From: Hypanus sabinus
Taxonomy: Eukaryota
Assembly (NCBI RefSeq): GCF_030144855.1
Contig: NC_082710.1
Span: 149,296,001-149,360,000 of the forward strand
Direction: 5' to 3'
DNA length: 64,000 bases
Made by a program: the position numbers and the translations under genes. Shown here in pieces: positions 1 to 13,296 of this stretch. The stretch's first letter is position 1; every line of letters begins with the position of its first letter. The notes under the pieces were generated by a model. That model had not been told where the DNA came from. It saw only the letters and a list, made by a program, of their open reading frames with translations, and searched no databases.

Positions 1-899
1 CTGGACTGGGATTCCAGGAATTTCGGAACCCATTGTTCAGAACTGCACCCCAAATTAAATGCACAATAAATTTTCAGACGTGAAGACTGGCAGCCAGTCA
101 ATTGTTAAATGTAAATGTCCTAAACTCAAAAACCACTCTAACACCACCCACTTGTTTCCTCACTTTCCCAGTTCTGGACCTGAAACAATATCTGTGGTGC
201 TGCCTGGGCTGTTCCGAGTTTTCAGTTTTATGGTGCAGCTGATCTTGTATCTTCCTTCCTCTCCCAGGGATGAAATCTTCGGAGTTTCTGTAGCTCTGTA
301 TTTTTACTGGATCGGTTCCTAGCCTCGTGCCCAACCCTCCTCCTTTCCCAGCTGGTCTCGGAACCACCCGTGGCTGAGTTTTTCCTGTTGAAGTGTCCAA
401 AAGCCTCTTTAATGTAGTGTTAGTATTCGATTGCACCACGTCCTCTTGCCGTAAGTTCCAGATATCAGCCACTCTACGTGTAAAAACACCAGATCTCCTG
501 TAAAACTCCTTCCTCTTGCCTTAACCTACGACCCCGTGTTTTAATAACACTATGATGGGACAAGGACTTTGACTGTCCATCCTATCTGTGCCTCTTACAT
601 ATCAGGTCACCTCTTGGCCTCCCAAAGCATACTGAGCAGAAATGTTGACAGTGCTCAGTGCAGACTCACCACTGTTTTATGCAGTTCCATCATAGGGAGA
701 ATGAGATTTTCTTTACCTTCTCAGTCAAGGATAATCTGAAAACTCTCTGTATATCAAGAGTAAAGGGGTAATTGGGGAGAGCAGAGGTCCCTGAAGGATC
801 AGTGTGGCTGTATATATGTGGAGCCAGAGGTCTCAAATAAATACTTCCCATCTCCACTTACTGGGGAGAAGGTCATGCCCAAGCTGGGAATTCAGGAAA

Positions 900-1990
900 G
901 ATTACAGAGACATCCTGAAACATTTCAATATTACAAATGAGATGTCGGTGTTCTTGAGGTGCATAAAAATGGACAAATCCATGGGTCTGAATGAGAGTAT
1001 CCTAGGATATTATGAGAATGAAGGCAGAAATTGGTAGGGCCCTGGGAGATCCGTTTCTTCAACAGACAAGAATATGGCACCAGAAGACTGGAAAATACCT
1101 GATGATGTCCTTTTATGTAAGAAAGATTGCACGGGCAAGCTAGGGAATTACAAGCTGTTGAGCCTAATGTTAGTGCTGGAAAATTTACCAGATGGGATTC
1201 CGAGAAACTGGATCTACCTGTATTTGGAAAGGCATATCTGAGAAACTGTTTCTCACAAATCTGATTGAAGTCTTTGAAGAGGTGACCAAGAGGATTGACA
1301 AGGGATGGACAGTGTATGTTGCCAACATAGACTTTAGAAAGGCTTTTGATAACATCCTACATGATAGACAGGTCCAGAAAGTGAGAACACATGGGACCCA
1401 GGGAAAGCTAGCCAAATCGATACATAATTAGCTCAGTGGTAGAAGTTAGAGTATGACAGTGGACGGTAGATTTTTCAGATTGGAATCCAGTGATTGGTGT
1501 TGTGTTGCAGGCATCAGTTTTGGAACTCCTATTGCTTGTTATTTGTGTTTATGATTTGGATGAGAATGTGGACGCCATATTTGGAAGTTTGCAGATGACA
1601 ACAACTTAACTAAAGAAACAGAACAAGGCATGGGTGCACTGATAACTAAAATAAGATACATGTGAAAATAATCAGCTAATAATTAGGAGAGGAGCAGCAG
1701 CGGAGCTTGGAGGATTTGGTGCCCCCTGATTGAAGCATGGCAGGTAGTGAATAAAGAGATTGGCATATTTACCATCATTGGTCATGTTACTGAGTACAAG
1801 ACTTGAGATATCATGTTACAGTCGTACAGGACATTGAGAATGCACTTGTGTATATTCTGTGCAGTTTTGGTCACATAGCTATAGGAAGGATGCAATTTTT
1901 TAGAAATGATGCAGAAAAGATTCACACGCAGTTACCAGAACAGGAGGGCTTGAGTCATAAGGAGGGATTGGAGAGGCAGTGACTGTTTTC
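900..1990 (+). mobile_element. Old degraded CR1 LINE, RT-region fragment
   Basis: Remnant translations LTNLIEVFEEVTKRIDKG..VYVANIDFRKAFD and KFADD, with many stops. Confidence 0.75.
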
Positions 1991-2780
1991 CATGGAGCGA
2001 AGGAGACTCGGGTGACTTTATTGTACATTGCAAATAAGAGATGTCACAGCATTGATCTGTGGTACATCACTAGTCACGGACTTCTAATCAGAAAAGCATC
2101 CTCCTACCTTCACCTTCTGTCTGCCATCACCCAGCCAGTTTGGACTGGTGTAGCCAGTTTCCTGGATCTCCTGTGCCATGTTGTTCTGGTCCAGACTACC
2201 ATGGAGTTCCTGGAAAATGCCGTACTCGGATCATTTAGTCAACATCTCCCACCCTGCCTTCCTAGTTTTCTTCAAAAACCATCTGAAAAATATTGAAGTT
2301 AGTGATACAGGACTTCCTCCACACAGAGCCATGTCGATTATTCCTGATCAGCCTCTGACTTTACGTAATTCCTGTTCTTTTTTTTTGTCATGAGCTTCCT
2401 ACTACTGATGTGAGACTGACTGCCAGTAGTTGACTCTCCCTATTTCCTTTCTTGTACAAAGGAACAATTATTCAGGACCACACCTGTAGTTTGCAAAGAT
2501 AGAAAGATCTTTGTCTCGGCCCCATCAATCTTATCTCTTGCCTCTCTCAATAACCCGGGTATATCTCATCAGGCCCTATGGACTCATCAACTTTAATGTT
2601 CTTCAAAGAGACCTAACACAGCCTCTTTCTTTAAATCCCCAACATTGTGGCATGTTGCACACTGATCCACTGGTGCTGTGGTTGTGTAGCAGTTAGTGTG
2701 ACATTATCTCAGCTCAGAGCATCATAGTTTGGAGTTCAGTCCTCATGTCCTCCCCATGGAATGCCTGGGTTTTCTCCAGG

Positions 2781-3101
2781 TGTCATGATCCTGGCTGGCA
2801 TTCCCCACCTTTTCCCTGTCCTCCCTAATTGGTCCTTGATCCCCACATTTGATTCCCAATCTTTCCCAATTCCTCTCAATTACCAGCACCTGGTTTCCAT
2901 TAGCCACTAGAGGATAAGACTCCGACATCTCTGGTCAGCCCTTGCCAGATTGTTGGTCAATTGTCAGAGAGAGAGGAACCTTGCTCCAAGTCTTCCAGGT
3001 CCCGAATCAGCCTGGTCCCGATTCTACACTCACTACAGAGATTCTGCCTCCGTGTCGGAGTCCTGCACTTGGGTTAGTTTTCCTGCCACGTCCCTGTCAC
3101 A
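2781..3101. mobile_element. Solo LTR inserted in a V-SINE-like element (SINE spans ~2710-3190)
   Basis: TGTCA...GTCACA termini with near-TSD ccagg/ccaga. The flanks join into the SINE core gggttttctcc-tgctctggtttcctcccacagtccaaagacgt. Confidence 0.55.
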
Positions 3102-3239
3102 CCAGATGCTCTGGTTTCCTCCCACAGTCCAAAGACGTACTGGTTAGTGGGTTAATTGGTCACTGTAAATTGTCCGGTGAATAAGTTTAGGCCAGTGTTA
3201 AAATCAGGAATTATTGGAATAAATAGTGAAGAAGATTGA

Positions 3240-4870
3240 AAATTACAGAGGGATCTTCATCAGTGGTATAAATAGTTCAAGCAATGACAAATTAATTCAG
3301 ATAAGTATGAGGTTCTGCAATTTAGGAAGTCCAATTCTGGCACGACTTTCAAAGTGAACGGTTGGGAGTGTTGTAGAAGAGATACCAAGGTCTTCAATGA
3401 CATAGTTCTTTGAAAGTGGCATCACAGGTAGATAGGTGGCGAAGAAGGGTTTTGGCACCTTCATCAGTCAAGGCTCTGAGTATGGAAGTTGATTCGTTAT
3501 TTGCAGGACATTAGTGCAGTTTCATTTGGAGTATTGTGATCTGTTCTGGTCAATCTGCTTCAGGAAGGAAGCCATTAAATTGTAATGGACCAGAAGTGAG
3601 TTATGAGCATGTTCCTTGGGCTGCAAGGACTGTTATGGAGAGTGGTTGAGCATCTTGGGACTTTAATCATTGGAGATTAGGAGAATGAAGGATGATCTTG
3701 TTGAAGTGCGTAATGAACAGGATAGAGAATTGATGGATGCTGTATACATGGATTTTCAGAAGGCCTTTGACAAGGTGCCTCACATGAGGCTGTTTAACAA
3801 GAGTCCATGGTATTACAGGAAAGATATCGCATAGATCAAGCATTGACTGACTGGCAGGAGGCTAGGAGCCTTTCCTTACTGGCTACTGGTGATGAGTGTT
3901 GTTCTGTAGGGACCACTTCTTATGGTGTGTGTCAGTGATTTTGTTAATGGAATTGATGGCTTTGTGTTCATGTTTACAGATGATATGAAAATAAGTGGAG
4001 GGGCAGGTAGTGTTGAGAAAGCAGGGAGGCTGCAGAAGGACTTTGCAGAGGAGAATGGACAAAGAATTGACAGATGGAATACAGTGTTGGGATGTGTATG
4101 GTCATGCACTTTGGTGGAAGGAATAAAAGCTTAGACTATTTTCCAAATGGAGAGAAAATTCAAAAATGAGGTGGAAAGAGACTTGGGAGTCCTCGTGTAG
4201 GATTCCTTAAAGGTTAATTTGCAGGTTGAGTCAATGGTGAGAAAGGCAACTATAAAGTGAGCGTTCATTTCAGGAGTACTAGAGCATAACAGCAAGGATG
4301 TAATACTGAGCCTTTATAGAAACACTGGTGAGGCCTTGTTTAGAGTGCTGTGAGGAGTTTTGGACCCCCTTATTTAAGAAAGGACGTATTGATTTGGGAG
4401 AGGGTTCAGAGGAGGTTCACAAGAATGATTCCAGAATGGAAGGCTTATTATATATGAGGATGGATTTAAGGTGCTGGAATTTAGAAGAATGAGGGGGGAT
4501 CTCGGGGAAACCTATCGAATGTTGAAAGGCCTAGATAGTGTGGATATTTAGAGGATGTTTCCTATGGTGGGAGAGTCTAGAACCAGAAGACACAGCCTCA
4601 GAATAGTGGGACATCCATTTAGAACAGAGATGTGGAAGAATTTCTTTAGCCGAAGAGTGGTGAATCTGGAATTTGGTGTCACAGATAGCTGTGGAGACCA
4701 AGTCATTGGGTGTATTTAAGGTGGAGATTGATAGTTTCTTGAATCATGGGGCAAGAAAGGTTATGGGGAGAAGGCAGGAGAATGGAGTTGAGGGGGAAAT
4801 GGATGGGCTGCAATGTAATGGCAGAGCAGACTTGGGCCCAATTCTGCTCCTGTGTCTTATGGTGACATTT
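3240..4870 (+). mobile_element. Degraded CR1 LINE 3' fragments
   Basis: Remnants of DFQKAFDKVPH, FTDDMKI and VQFWS-like motifs, plus a CR1-type 3' end. Confidence 0.75.
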
Positions 4871-4963
4871 TGAGGGTTAATGCCCACAGTCTTCTTCCTA
4901 GGGTTGGGTAATCAAGATCTGAGGGCAAAAGTTAAAGCTGGGAGCAAGAAGGCTGCGAGTGAA

Positions 4964-7900
4964 CGGTTGATTTCCAGAGCGAAGGCATTTTTTTTACTAC
5001 TTGGGGTAAAAGAGAGGCAAGACTGCATAGGCACGTGACATCAACCAGTAGAGCGCAAAAGGTTTAAAAAGAAGACTGCCATATCCAGTGGGCAGCATTT
5101 GGAGCAGGTAATGGAGTGATAGGGCTTTGGCTCAACAGGCTTGGGTGGTAACGGGATGAGGCGAGGTAGGTTTACCTGTTTTATTTGCGGAAAGGAGGAA
5201 GTATGTGTGTGAGGCCAGTTTTCTGTGCTCGGTGTCAGATGTGGGAGGTCCTGGAGTCCCCCAGCCTCCCGGATGGCCACATCTGTACCCGGTGTGTCGA
5301 GCTGAAGCTCCTAATGGACCGAATTAGGGAACTGGAGATGCAGCTCGATGACTGTCACCTGGTCAGAGAGAGTGAGGAGGTGATAGAGAGGAGTTATAGG
5401 CAGGTGGTCACACTGGGACCATGGGAGACAGACAAGTGGGTCACAGCGAAGAGAGGGAAAGGGAAGGGGAAGAGTCAGGTACTAGAGAGTACCCCTGTGG
5501 CTTTACCCCTTGACAACAAGTACTCCTGTTTGAATACTGTTTGGGGGGGGGGGGACAGCCTACCTGGGGGAGGCGACAGTGGCCGTGCCTTTGCAGCAGA
5601 GTCTGGCCCTGTGGCTCAGATGGGTAGGGAAAGGAAGAGGAAGGCAGTAGTGATAGGGGACTCTATAGTTAAGACAGGGAGGGAGGCAAAAGAGGTGGGG
5701 GTGTGGCACTATTGATCAGAGATAGTGTCACGGCCGCAGTAAAGATGGATGCCATGGAGGGATTGTCTATGGAATCTCTGTTGGTGGAGGTTAGGAGCAG
5801 GAAGGGGTCAATAACTTTACTGAGTGTTTTTTATAGGCCGCCCAATAGTAACAGGGACATCAAGGAGCAGATAGGGAAACAGATCCTGGAAAGGTGTAAT
5901 AATAACAGTTGTCGTGAAAGAAGAATTTAATTTCCCAAATATTAATTAACATCTCCCTAGAGCAAGGGGTTTTAGATGGGGTGGAGTTTGTTAGGTGTGC
6001 TCAGGAAGGTTTCTTGACACAATCTATAGATAACCCTACAAAAGGAGAGACTGTACTTGATTTGTATTAGGAAATGAACCTCGTCAGGTGTCAGATCTCT
6101 CAGTTGGAGAGCATTTTGGAGATAGTGATCATAATTCTCTGTCCTTTACGATAGCATTGGAGAGAGATAGTAACAAACAAGTTAGAAAAGCGTTGGAGTA
6201 AGGGGAATTATGAGGCTATCAGGCGGGAAATTGGAAGCTTAAGTTGGGAACAGATGTTCTTAGGGAAAAGTACGGAAGAAATGTGGCAAATATTCAGGAG
6301 ATGTTTGTATGGAGTTCTGCACAGGTATGTTCCAATGAGACAGGGAAGTTACAGTAGGGTACAGGAACCGTGGTGTACAAAGGCTGTAATAAATCTAGTC
6401 AAGAAGAAAAGAAAAGGTTCAGGTTCAGAGAGTTAGGTAGTGTTAAAGATCTAAAAGATTATAAGGCTAATAGGCAGGAGCTTAAGGAAGAAGCCAGCAG
6501 GGGCCATGAGAAGGCCTTGGTGGGCAGGATTAAGGAAAACCCCAAGACATTCTCCAAATATGTGAAGAGCAAGAGGATAAGACGTGAAAGAATAGGACCT
6601 ATCAAGCATGACACAAGGAAAGTGTGCATGGAACCGGAGGAAATAGCAAGGTACTTAATGAATACTTCAGTATTCACTATGGAAAAAGATCTTGGTGATT
6701 GTAGTGATGACTTGCAGCGGACTGAAAAGCTTGAGCATGTAGATATTAAGAAAGAGGATGTGCTGGAGCTTTTGGAAAGCATCACGTTGGATAAGTCGCT
6801 GGGACTGGAAGAGATGTACCCCAGGCTGCTGTGGAAGGAGGAGATTGCTAAGCCTCTGGCGATGATCTTTGTATCATCAAGGGGACGAGAGAGGTTCCAG
6901 AGGATTGGAGGGTTGCAGATGTTGTTACTTTATTCAAGAAAGGGAGTAGAGATAGACCAGAAAATTATAGACCAGTGAGTCTTAACTCAGTGGTTGGTAA
7001 GTTGATGGAGGAGATCTTGAGAGGCAGGATTTATGAACATTTGAAGAGGTATAATATGAATAGGAATAGTCAGCATGGCTCTGTCAAGGGCAGGTTGTCC
7101 CTTACGAGCCAGATTGAATTTTTTGAGGATGTGACTAAACACATTGATGAAGGAAGACCAGTAGATGTAGCATATATGGATTTTAGCAAGGCATTTGATA
7201 AGGTACCCCATGTAAGGCTTATTGAGAAAGTAAGGAGGCATGGGATCAAAGGGGGCATTGCTTTGTAGATCGAGAAGTGGTTTACCCACAGGAGGCCAAG
7301 AGTGGTTGTAGACGGGTCATATTCTGCATGGAGGTCGGTCACCAGTGGAGTGCCTCAGGGATTTTTATAAATGACCTGGATGAGGAAGTGGAGGGATGGG
7401 TTAGTAAGTTTACTGATGAGACAAAGGTTGTAGGTGTTGTGGATAGTGTGGAGGGCTGTCAGAGGTTACAGCGGGACATTGATAGGATGCAAAACTGGGC
7501 TGAGAAGTGGCAGATGGAGTTCAACCCAGATAAGTGTGAAGTGGTTCATTTTGGTAGGTCAAATATGATGGCAGGATATAGTATTAATGGTAAGACTCTT
7601 GGCAGTGTGGAGGATCAGAAGGATCTTGGGGTCCGAGTCCATAGGATGCTCAAAGCAGCTGTGCAGGTTGACTCTGTGGTTAAGAAGGCGTATGGTGTAT
7701 TGACCTTCATCAATCAATCGTGGAATTGAATTTAGGAGCCGAGAAGTAATATTGCAGCTTTATAGGACCCTGGTCAGACTCCACTTAGAGTCCTGTGCTC
7801 AGTTCTGGTTGCCTCACTACAGGAAGGATGTGGAAGCCATAGAAAGGGTGCAGAGGAGATTTACAAGGATGTTGCCTGGATTGGGGAGCATACCTTATGA

Positions 7901-8296
7901 GAATAATTTGAGTGAACTCGGCCTTTTCTCATTTGGAGCGATGGAGGATGAGAGGTGACCTGATAGAGGTGTGTAAGATGATGAGAGGCATTGATCGTGT
8001 GGATATTCAGAGGCTTTTTCCCAGGGCTGAAATGGTTGCCACAAGAGGACACAGGTTTAAGATGCTGGGGAGTAGGTACAGAGGAGATGTCGGGTATGTT
8101 TTTTACTCAGAGTGGTGATTGTGTGGAATGGGCTGCTGGCAACGGTGGTGGAGGTGGATACGACAGGGTCTTTTAAGAAGCTTTTAGATAGGTACATGGA
8201 GCTTAGTAAAATAGAGGGCTATAGGTAAGCCTAGTAATTTCTAAGGTAGGGACATGTTCGGCACAACTTTGTGCTGTAGGTTTTCTATGTTTCTAT
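4964..8296 (+). mobile_element. 5'-intact CR1 LINE with an internal ORF1/ORF2 deletion, specific to copy A
   Basis: ORF1 zinc finger (CARCQMWE...CTRC) runs to GDSIV, then ORF2 EN/RT remnants and a ttctatgtttctatg tail. 7-bp TSD GAGTGAA at 4957-4963 and 8297-8303. Absent in copy B. Confidence 0.92.
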
Positions 8297-9387
8297 GAGT
8301 GAAGAGAAGTTGCCAAAGGGCAACAACATCACCCTATAGGTGGTTCATCTTTACTGAAGATGGCCCCAGATAAAGTGGTTGAGGCAGGTGCATTAACCAC
8401 TTTTAAAAGGTACTCTGATAGATGCATGGATTGGAAAAGTTTAAAGTGAAGTAGTTTTGTGAACCGCCTGGAGGATGTCACCCTCGGACAAGTTGTTCAC
8501 TGGCATCATCTTTAGGGGGAGATGGAAAACACTGATGAATGGGACACTTGGATAGGAGTTTTAGTTGGGCTGAAGGGCCTTTTTCTGAGATGGGTGACTC
8601 TCTGACTCCTCAGCCATGCATATTCTGATTTCTACTCTCACTGGCACAGAGTAATTCACTACAACTGTAAATCCTGCTTTTTGTCTTCTGCCAGACCCCC
8701 ATTTATACTCTCTGCAGGAACACAGCTCTCTGCCTATTTCTTTGGTACCAGCACCTACTATAATCTCTGACTTTTCAACCGCCCTTTCAAAACCTTCTGT
8801 ACCACTCTGACACTTCCCTGACTCTGGCACCAGGGAGGCATCTCACCTTCCTGGGCTCAGCTTGAGAAGCACTTGTCTTTACCCCTCTGTAACGAATCCT
8901 CCACCACTAACACTCACCATGACTTTTCCCTCTCCTGCCTTTGGTCACAGCCAGCAGTGGTACCACAATCTCGGCAGTTGTCACTGTTTCTCTGTGAGAG
9001 ATTATTCACTCAGCAGTGTCTGATATGGTATACGTGTTTGAGAGGGCGGTGACCACTGAGTGTCCTAGACACTACCTCCCTGTCCTTATTGCCCTACCTG
9101 GTGGTCACCCATCTCCTCCTCCTGGACCTGTGATGTGACCAGATCACTAAGTGGACCTTTTACCACATTCTCTGCATCTAAAATGCCCCGGAGTCCAGCA
9201 GCTCTGTTTGTCCTGCAGTGTTAGTGGTGAGTGGAAATGTATCTATACTCCCACGTCCTGCAGGAGGGACAGACCAATGTCCTCACCTCCCCAGTCTCCT
9301 CTCTGTGGAGAGAAAATAGTCACCTGAAAGAAAGGGTGATTGTTTGCTCCAATTGTCACATTACAATCCATCCAAACATCTGTGAGA

Positions 9388-10508
9388 TTTTTTTATTTAA
9401 CAAAATATACTTTATACACTAAAATTATTTACAATAAACCATTCAATAACTGTGAATACTTTACAGATATTATCATTATGTTCTATAGAGTTAAACAATT
9501 TCAGCCATACAGATAGCACTCTGGTGGTTCATATATAATACAACTGTAGTTGAGGGGCATACTCCCCACCACCCAATCCCTCCCACTCCCGCAGGAGAAT
9601 TCTCCATGTGCTAGTAGGCCATCAAGTTTCGGGCCGCCCAAAAGAGCGTCTTTCACTGAGTTGATGATCTGCCAGTAGTACCGGATGTTGGTCTCGGTGT
9701 GCGTCCCTGGGAACAGCCCGTAGATCAGAGAGTCCTCTGTTACGCAGCTGCTGGGGATGAACCTCGACACTGCCCCTTCCATCCTCCTCCACACCTTCTC
9801 CGTGAACCCACAGTGTGCAAAGAAGTGGGTCACTGACTCCTCCTCTCTGCAGTCCTCCCGTGAGCAGCAGGATGTGGAGACGACATTCCGGGCGTACAGT
9901 AGGGATTGGACTGGGAGGGCCCCTCTCACCGCCAGCCAGGCGAGGTCTTGGTGCCTGTTGGTGAGGTCTGGCGATGAGGCATTTTGCCAGATGAACTGGA
10001 CAGTCTGCTCAGGGAACCACCCCACTGTGTCCATCTCATCCTTCTCCTGCAATGCCTGCAGGACCTTACATGCTGACCACTACCTGATGGCCCTGTGGTC
10101 AAAGGTGTTGACCTGAAAGAACTTCTCTATGAAGGACAGGTATGGCGGCAACGACCAGCTGACGGGGTGTTGCGCGGGAAAGGGGCCAGACCCATCCTTC
10201 GTAGCCAGGGCGACAGGTAGAACCTGGGCACGTAGTGGTACTTTGTGCCCACGTACCTGGGATCCACACACAGCCTGATGCAGCCACACACGAAGCTGGC
10301 CATCAGGGTGAGGGCGACATTGGGAACATTTTTGACCCCGTTGTCCAGGGACTTGTGCATGGTGGTCCGTCTGACCCGCTCCATCTTGGATCCCCAGACG
10401 AATCTGAAGACAGCTCAGGTGATTTCTGAGCTGCAGGGGCGGGGGACGGGCCACACTTGCGCCAAGTACAGCAGCCCTGAGAGCACCTCACACCTGATGA
10501 CCAGGTTC
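9388..10508 (-). mobile_element. 5'-truncated Tx1-like non-LTR retrotransposon, specific to copy A
   Basis: Minus ORFs with a zf-RVT-type C-terminus (LAWLAVRGALPV...CREEESVTHFFAHC) and an A-rich 3' tail. Absent in copy B. Confidence 0.82.
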
Positions 10509-11889
10509 TTGACCAACACAATCTGAGGATGTTTTGGGGGAAGCCCTCAAGTGTTGCTTTGCTTTTGGTCAGTGTCCCCTCCAGTTTGTAATCAGCAGTG
10601 TGCTCAAATATCTGGTGCTGGGCAGGTTTTTGCCCTGTGACAATGAGACTGAATTTTTTAGTGGAAGTAAACCTGAGGCTATTCTGAGGACAATAAATGA
10701 CCAAGTTCTGTGTGTTGTTTAAAAAAATAAAATAATACACATCACTGAATTTTATTTCTCATGTGCAAAAGCCAGTTCTGAAATCTGCAGACAAATCATC
10801 GCAATCTCCAGGTTGTCAACACCGTCCACATCAAAAACCGGAAAAGGAAATGTAATTGTGTACGATCGTGAAATACACTTCACATGCCAATGAGGTAGAG
10901 GATGATAACCTTCTGTGCGCAGTTTAAATTCCTTTATGCACTCGTGGCAAAATCAGACCTTAGAGGGAATATTGCTTCTGGTGCCAACATAGCAGGCCCA
11001 AACGTATAACCCATGTGTCTATGGCACGCGGCAGGAAACAGGAGCTCCTGGATGAAGCTGCACATTCATGGGGACAATGTACAAACTCCTTACAGAATTT
11101 ACTATTAACCGGAATTGAACCCAGATCATTGACGCTATAACGTCCTTTGCTAACTGCTGCATTACTATGTAGACCCTTCTTTAAAGGCCAAATATTGTGC
11201 TTCCTCACAAAAAGGCTGTAACCCCTTTTCCTACCCTTCCTATTACTTTCCTCCACTAGTGATCCCACAAATTCTGCCTGTCCCACTGTTGCCTCTGGTT
11301 CTGTTGATTAAGTGATGTCCTGTCCATCAGTGGAGAGTGTGTCCTGCACTTAGATCCTCTCTCTGCTTTGAATGTGGTTTTCCAGAGACAGCGGCACATG
11401 GGACAGAGGTCACCCTCTTGCAGGAGATGTAATGCCCCACCCTCTAGACATCCTGTCAGTGACCCCAGGAGCACATCTCAGTACCCAGGAGTCACTGTGG
11501 TCAGAGGTGAAGTGAGAAGCACTCTACAGGAGCTGGGAGAGTGCTGCTACTGGTGGGGAACTTTGTGCAAGTTCTCAGCTGGTCTCTCCACTGACAGCAG
11601 GGAGAAACTAAACCAGGGAGGGAGCACAGACTATTCCTGACCATGACTGGAAGTGTTCTCACCAGCACTGAGCACCTCCCTATCCGTCCAGAGACACTTA
11701 CCCCGATCTCAGAGAGACACACTGATGATTTGACCAGTCCGGTCCTGGTGAACATGTCCTGTTTCATAACCCCGCTCCATCACCCAGTCGGGACACCACA
11801 GCTCATGGATATCGGCAGCTCAGCCAGGGAACTGCAGATGTGATCAGGGATATGGACCCTCACTGTCTTCAGGTGCTGCTCAAAGTGAT

Positions 11890-12865
11890 GCATAGAAACA
11901 TAGAAAGCCTACAGCACAATACAGGCCCTTTGGCCCACAAAATTGTGCCGAACATGTCCCTACCTTAGAAATTACTAGAGTCGCCCATAGCCCTCTATTT
12001 TTCTAAGCTCCATGTACCTATCCAAAAGTCTCTTAAAAGATCCTATCGTATCTGTCTTCACCACTGTCGCCGGCAGCCCATTCCACATGCTCGCCACTCT
12101 CTGTGTTTATAAAAAAAAAAGAAAAAATGTACCTACTCCCAAGCACCTTAACCCTGTGCCCTCTTGTGCTAGCCACTTCAGCCCTGGGAAAAAGCCTCTG
12201 ACTATCCACATGATCAATGCCTCTCATCATCTTATACACCTCTATCTGGTCACCTCTCATCCTCCGTCGCTCCAAGGAGAAAAAGCCAAGTTCACTCAAC
12301 CTATTCTCATAAGGCATGCTCCCCAATCCAGGCAACATTCTTGTAAAGGCCAGGCACCAGGAAGATGCTTCTCCCTATAGATGCTGCCTGGCCTACTGTG
12401 TTCCACCAGCATTTTGTGTGTGTTGCTTGAATTTCCAGCATCTGCAGATTTCCTTGTGTGTGCTTTTTAAACATCTATGTAAATCTCCTCTGCATCCTTT
12501 CTATGGCTTCCACATCCTTCCTGTGGTGAGGCGACCAGAACTGAGCACAGTACTACAAGTGGGGTCTGACCTAGGTCCTACATAGCTGCAACATTACCTC
12601 TGCTCTTAAATTCAATTCCATGATTGATGAAGGCCAATACACCGTAAGCCTTCTTAGCCACAGAGTCAACCTGCGCAGCTGCTTTGAGCGTCCTATGGAC
12701 TCGGACCCCACGATCCCTCTGATCCTCGACGCTGCCGAGATTCTTACCATCAATACTATATTTTGCCATCATATTTGACCTACCAAAATGAACCAGCTCA
12801 CACTTATCTGGGTTGAACTCCATCTGTCACTTCTCAGCCCAGTTCTGCATCCTATCGATGTCTTT
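11890..12865 (-). mobile_element. 5'-truncated CR1 LINE in intron 1, with a nested Penelope-derived short insert (~12345-12470)
   Basis: catagaaacatagaaa tail. Minus translation MEFNPDKCELVHFG...ERRRMRGD. Confidence 0.88.
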
Positions 12866-13035
12866 TGCATTTTATCAATGTGTGGATTGACCGGATTTGG
12901 GACCCGGATGCTCTCAGTGGTGGGGAGGGTGGTGTTTGACCCCAGTGTCTCAGGTCTCAGAATGCTGGTTGCAGGCATATGGGTTACCTTGCAATCTGGA
13001 CTCCCAGCTTCTCTGACTCTCTCCTTGTGTTCCAG

Positions 13036-13296
13036 GTTCTCACTCTCTCCATTTTTTATACACGGGGGTGACCCCGGGGTCGGGGGTCCCTGAGTTCATG
13101 ATGGCGGGGTATGTGGACAAGGAGCAGATCAGTTACTACGACAGTGTGTTGGGACGAGAGGTGCCCCGTCAGCAGTGGATGGCGGAGAGTCAAGGACCCG
13201 ACTACTGGGAACAGCAGACACAGATTTCTCAGGACACTGAGCCTGTGTTCAAGGCCAGCATCCGGACCCTGATGAGCCGGACCAACCAGACAGGGG
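13036..13296 (+). CDS. Class I gene A exon 2, alpha1 domain (261 nt)
   Basis: Acceptor ttccag|GT and donor G|gtgagt. GSHSLHFLYTGVTPGSGVPEFMMAGYVDKEQISYYDS...GPDYWEQQT...TLMSRTNQTG, including the N86 glycosylation site NQT. Confidence 0.97.

Larger units (their letters stand above)
125..10808 (+). repeat. Segmental duplication copy A (intron 1 of gene A)
   Basis: Colinear blocks match 59612-64000: ~125-740, 1140-1380, 3900-4425, 4812-4950, 8304-9387, 10509-10808. About 90% identity in one ~160-nt stretch counted by eye. Confidence 0.9.

Noticed and set aside
98-472. 124-aa minus ORF at the window start
   Set aside because: No recognisable domain. It overlaps a CR1 remnant, and no matching ORF is called in the paralogous copy.
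11640-11770. Minus-strand GTAAGT donor near 11700 as an exon of an antisense gene
   Set aside because: It is a single motif with no recognisable protein and no partner exons.
12788-13093. ORF upstream of alpha1 as the leader of gene A
   Set aside because: It is out of frame with alpha1, starts in CR1 sequence and lacks a signal-peptide core and phase-1 donor. The paralogy with gene B places the true leader left of the window.
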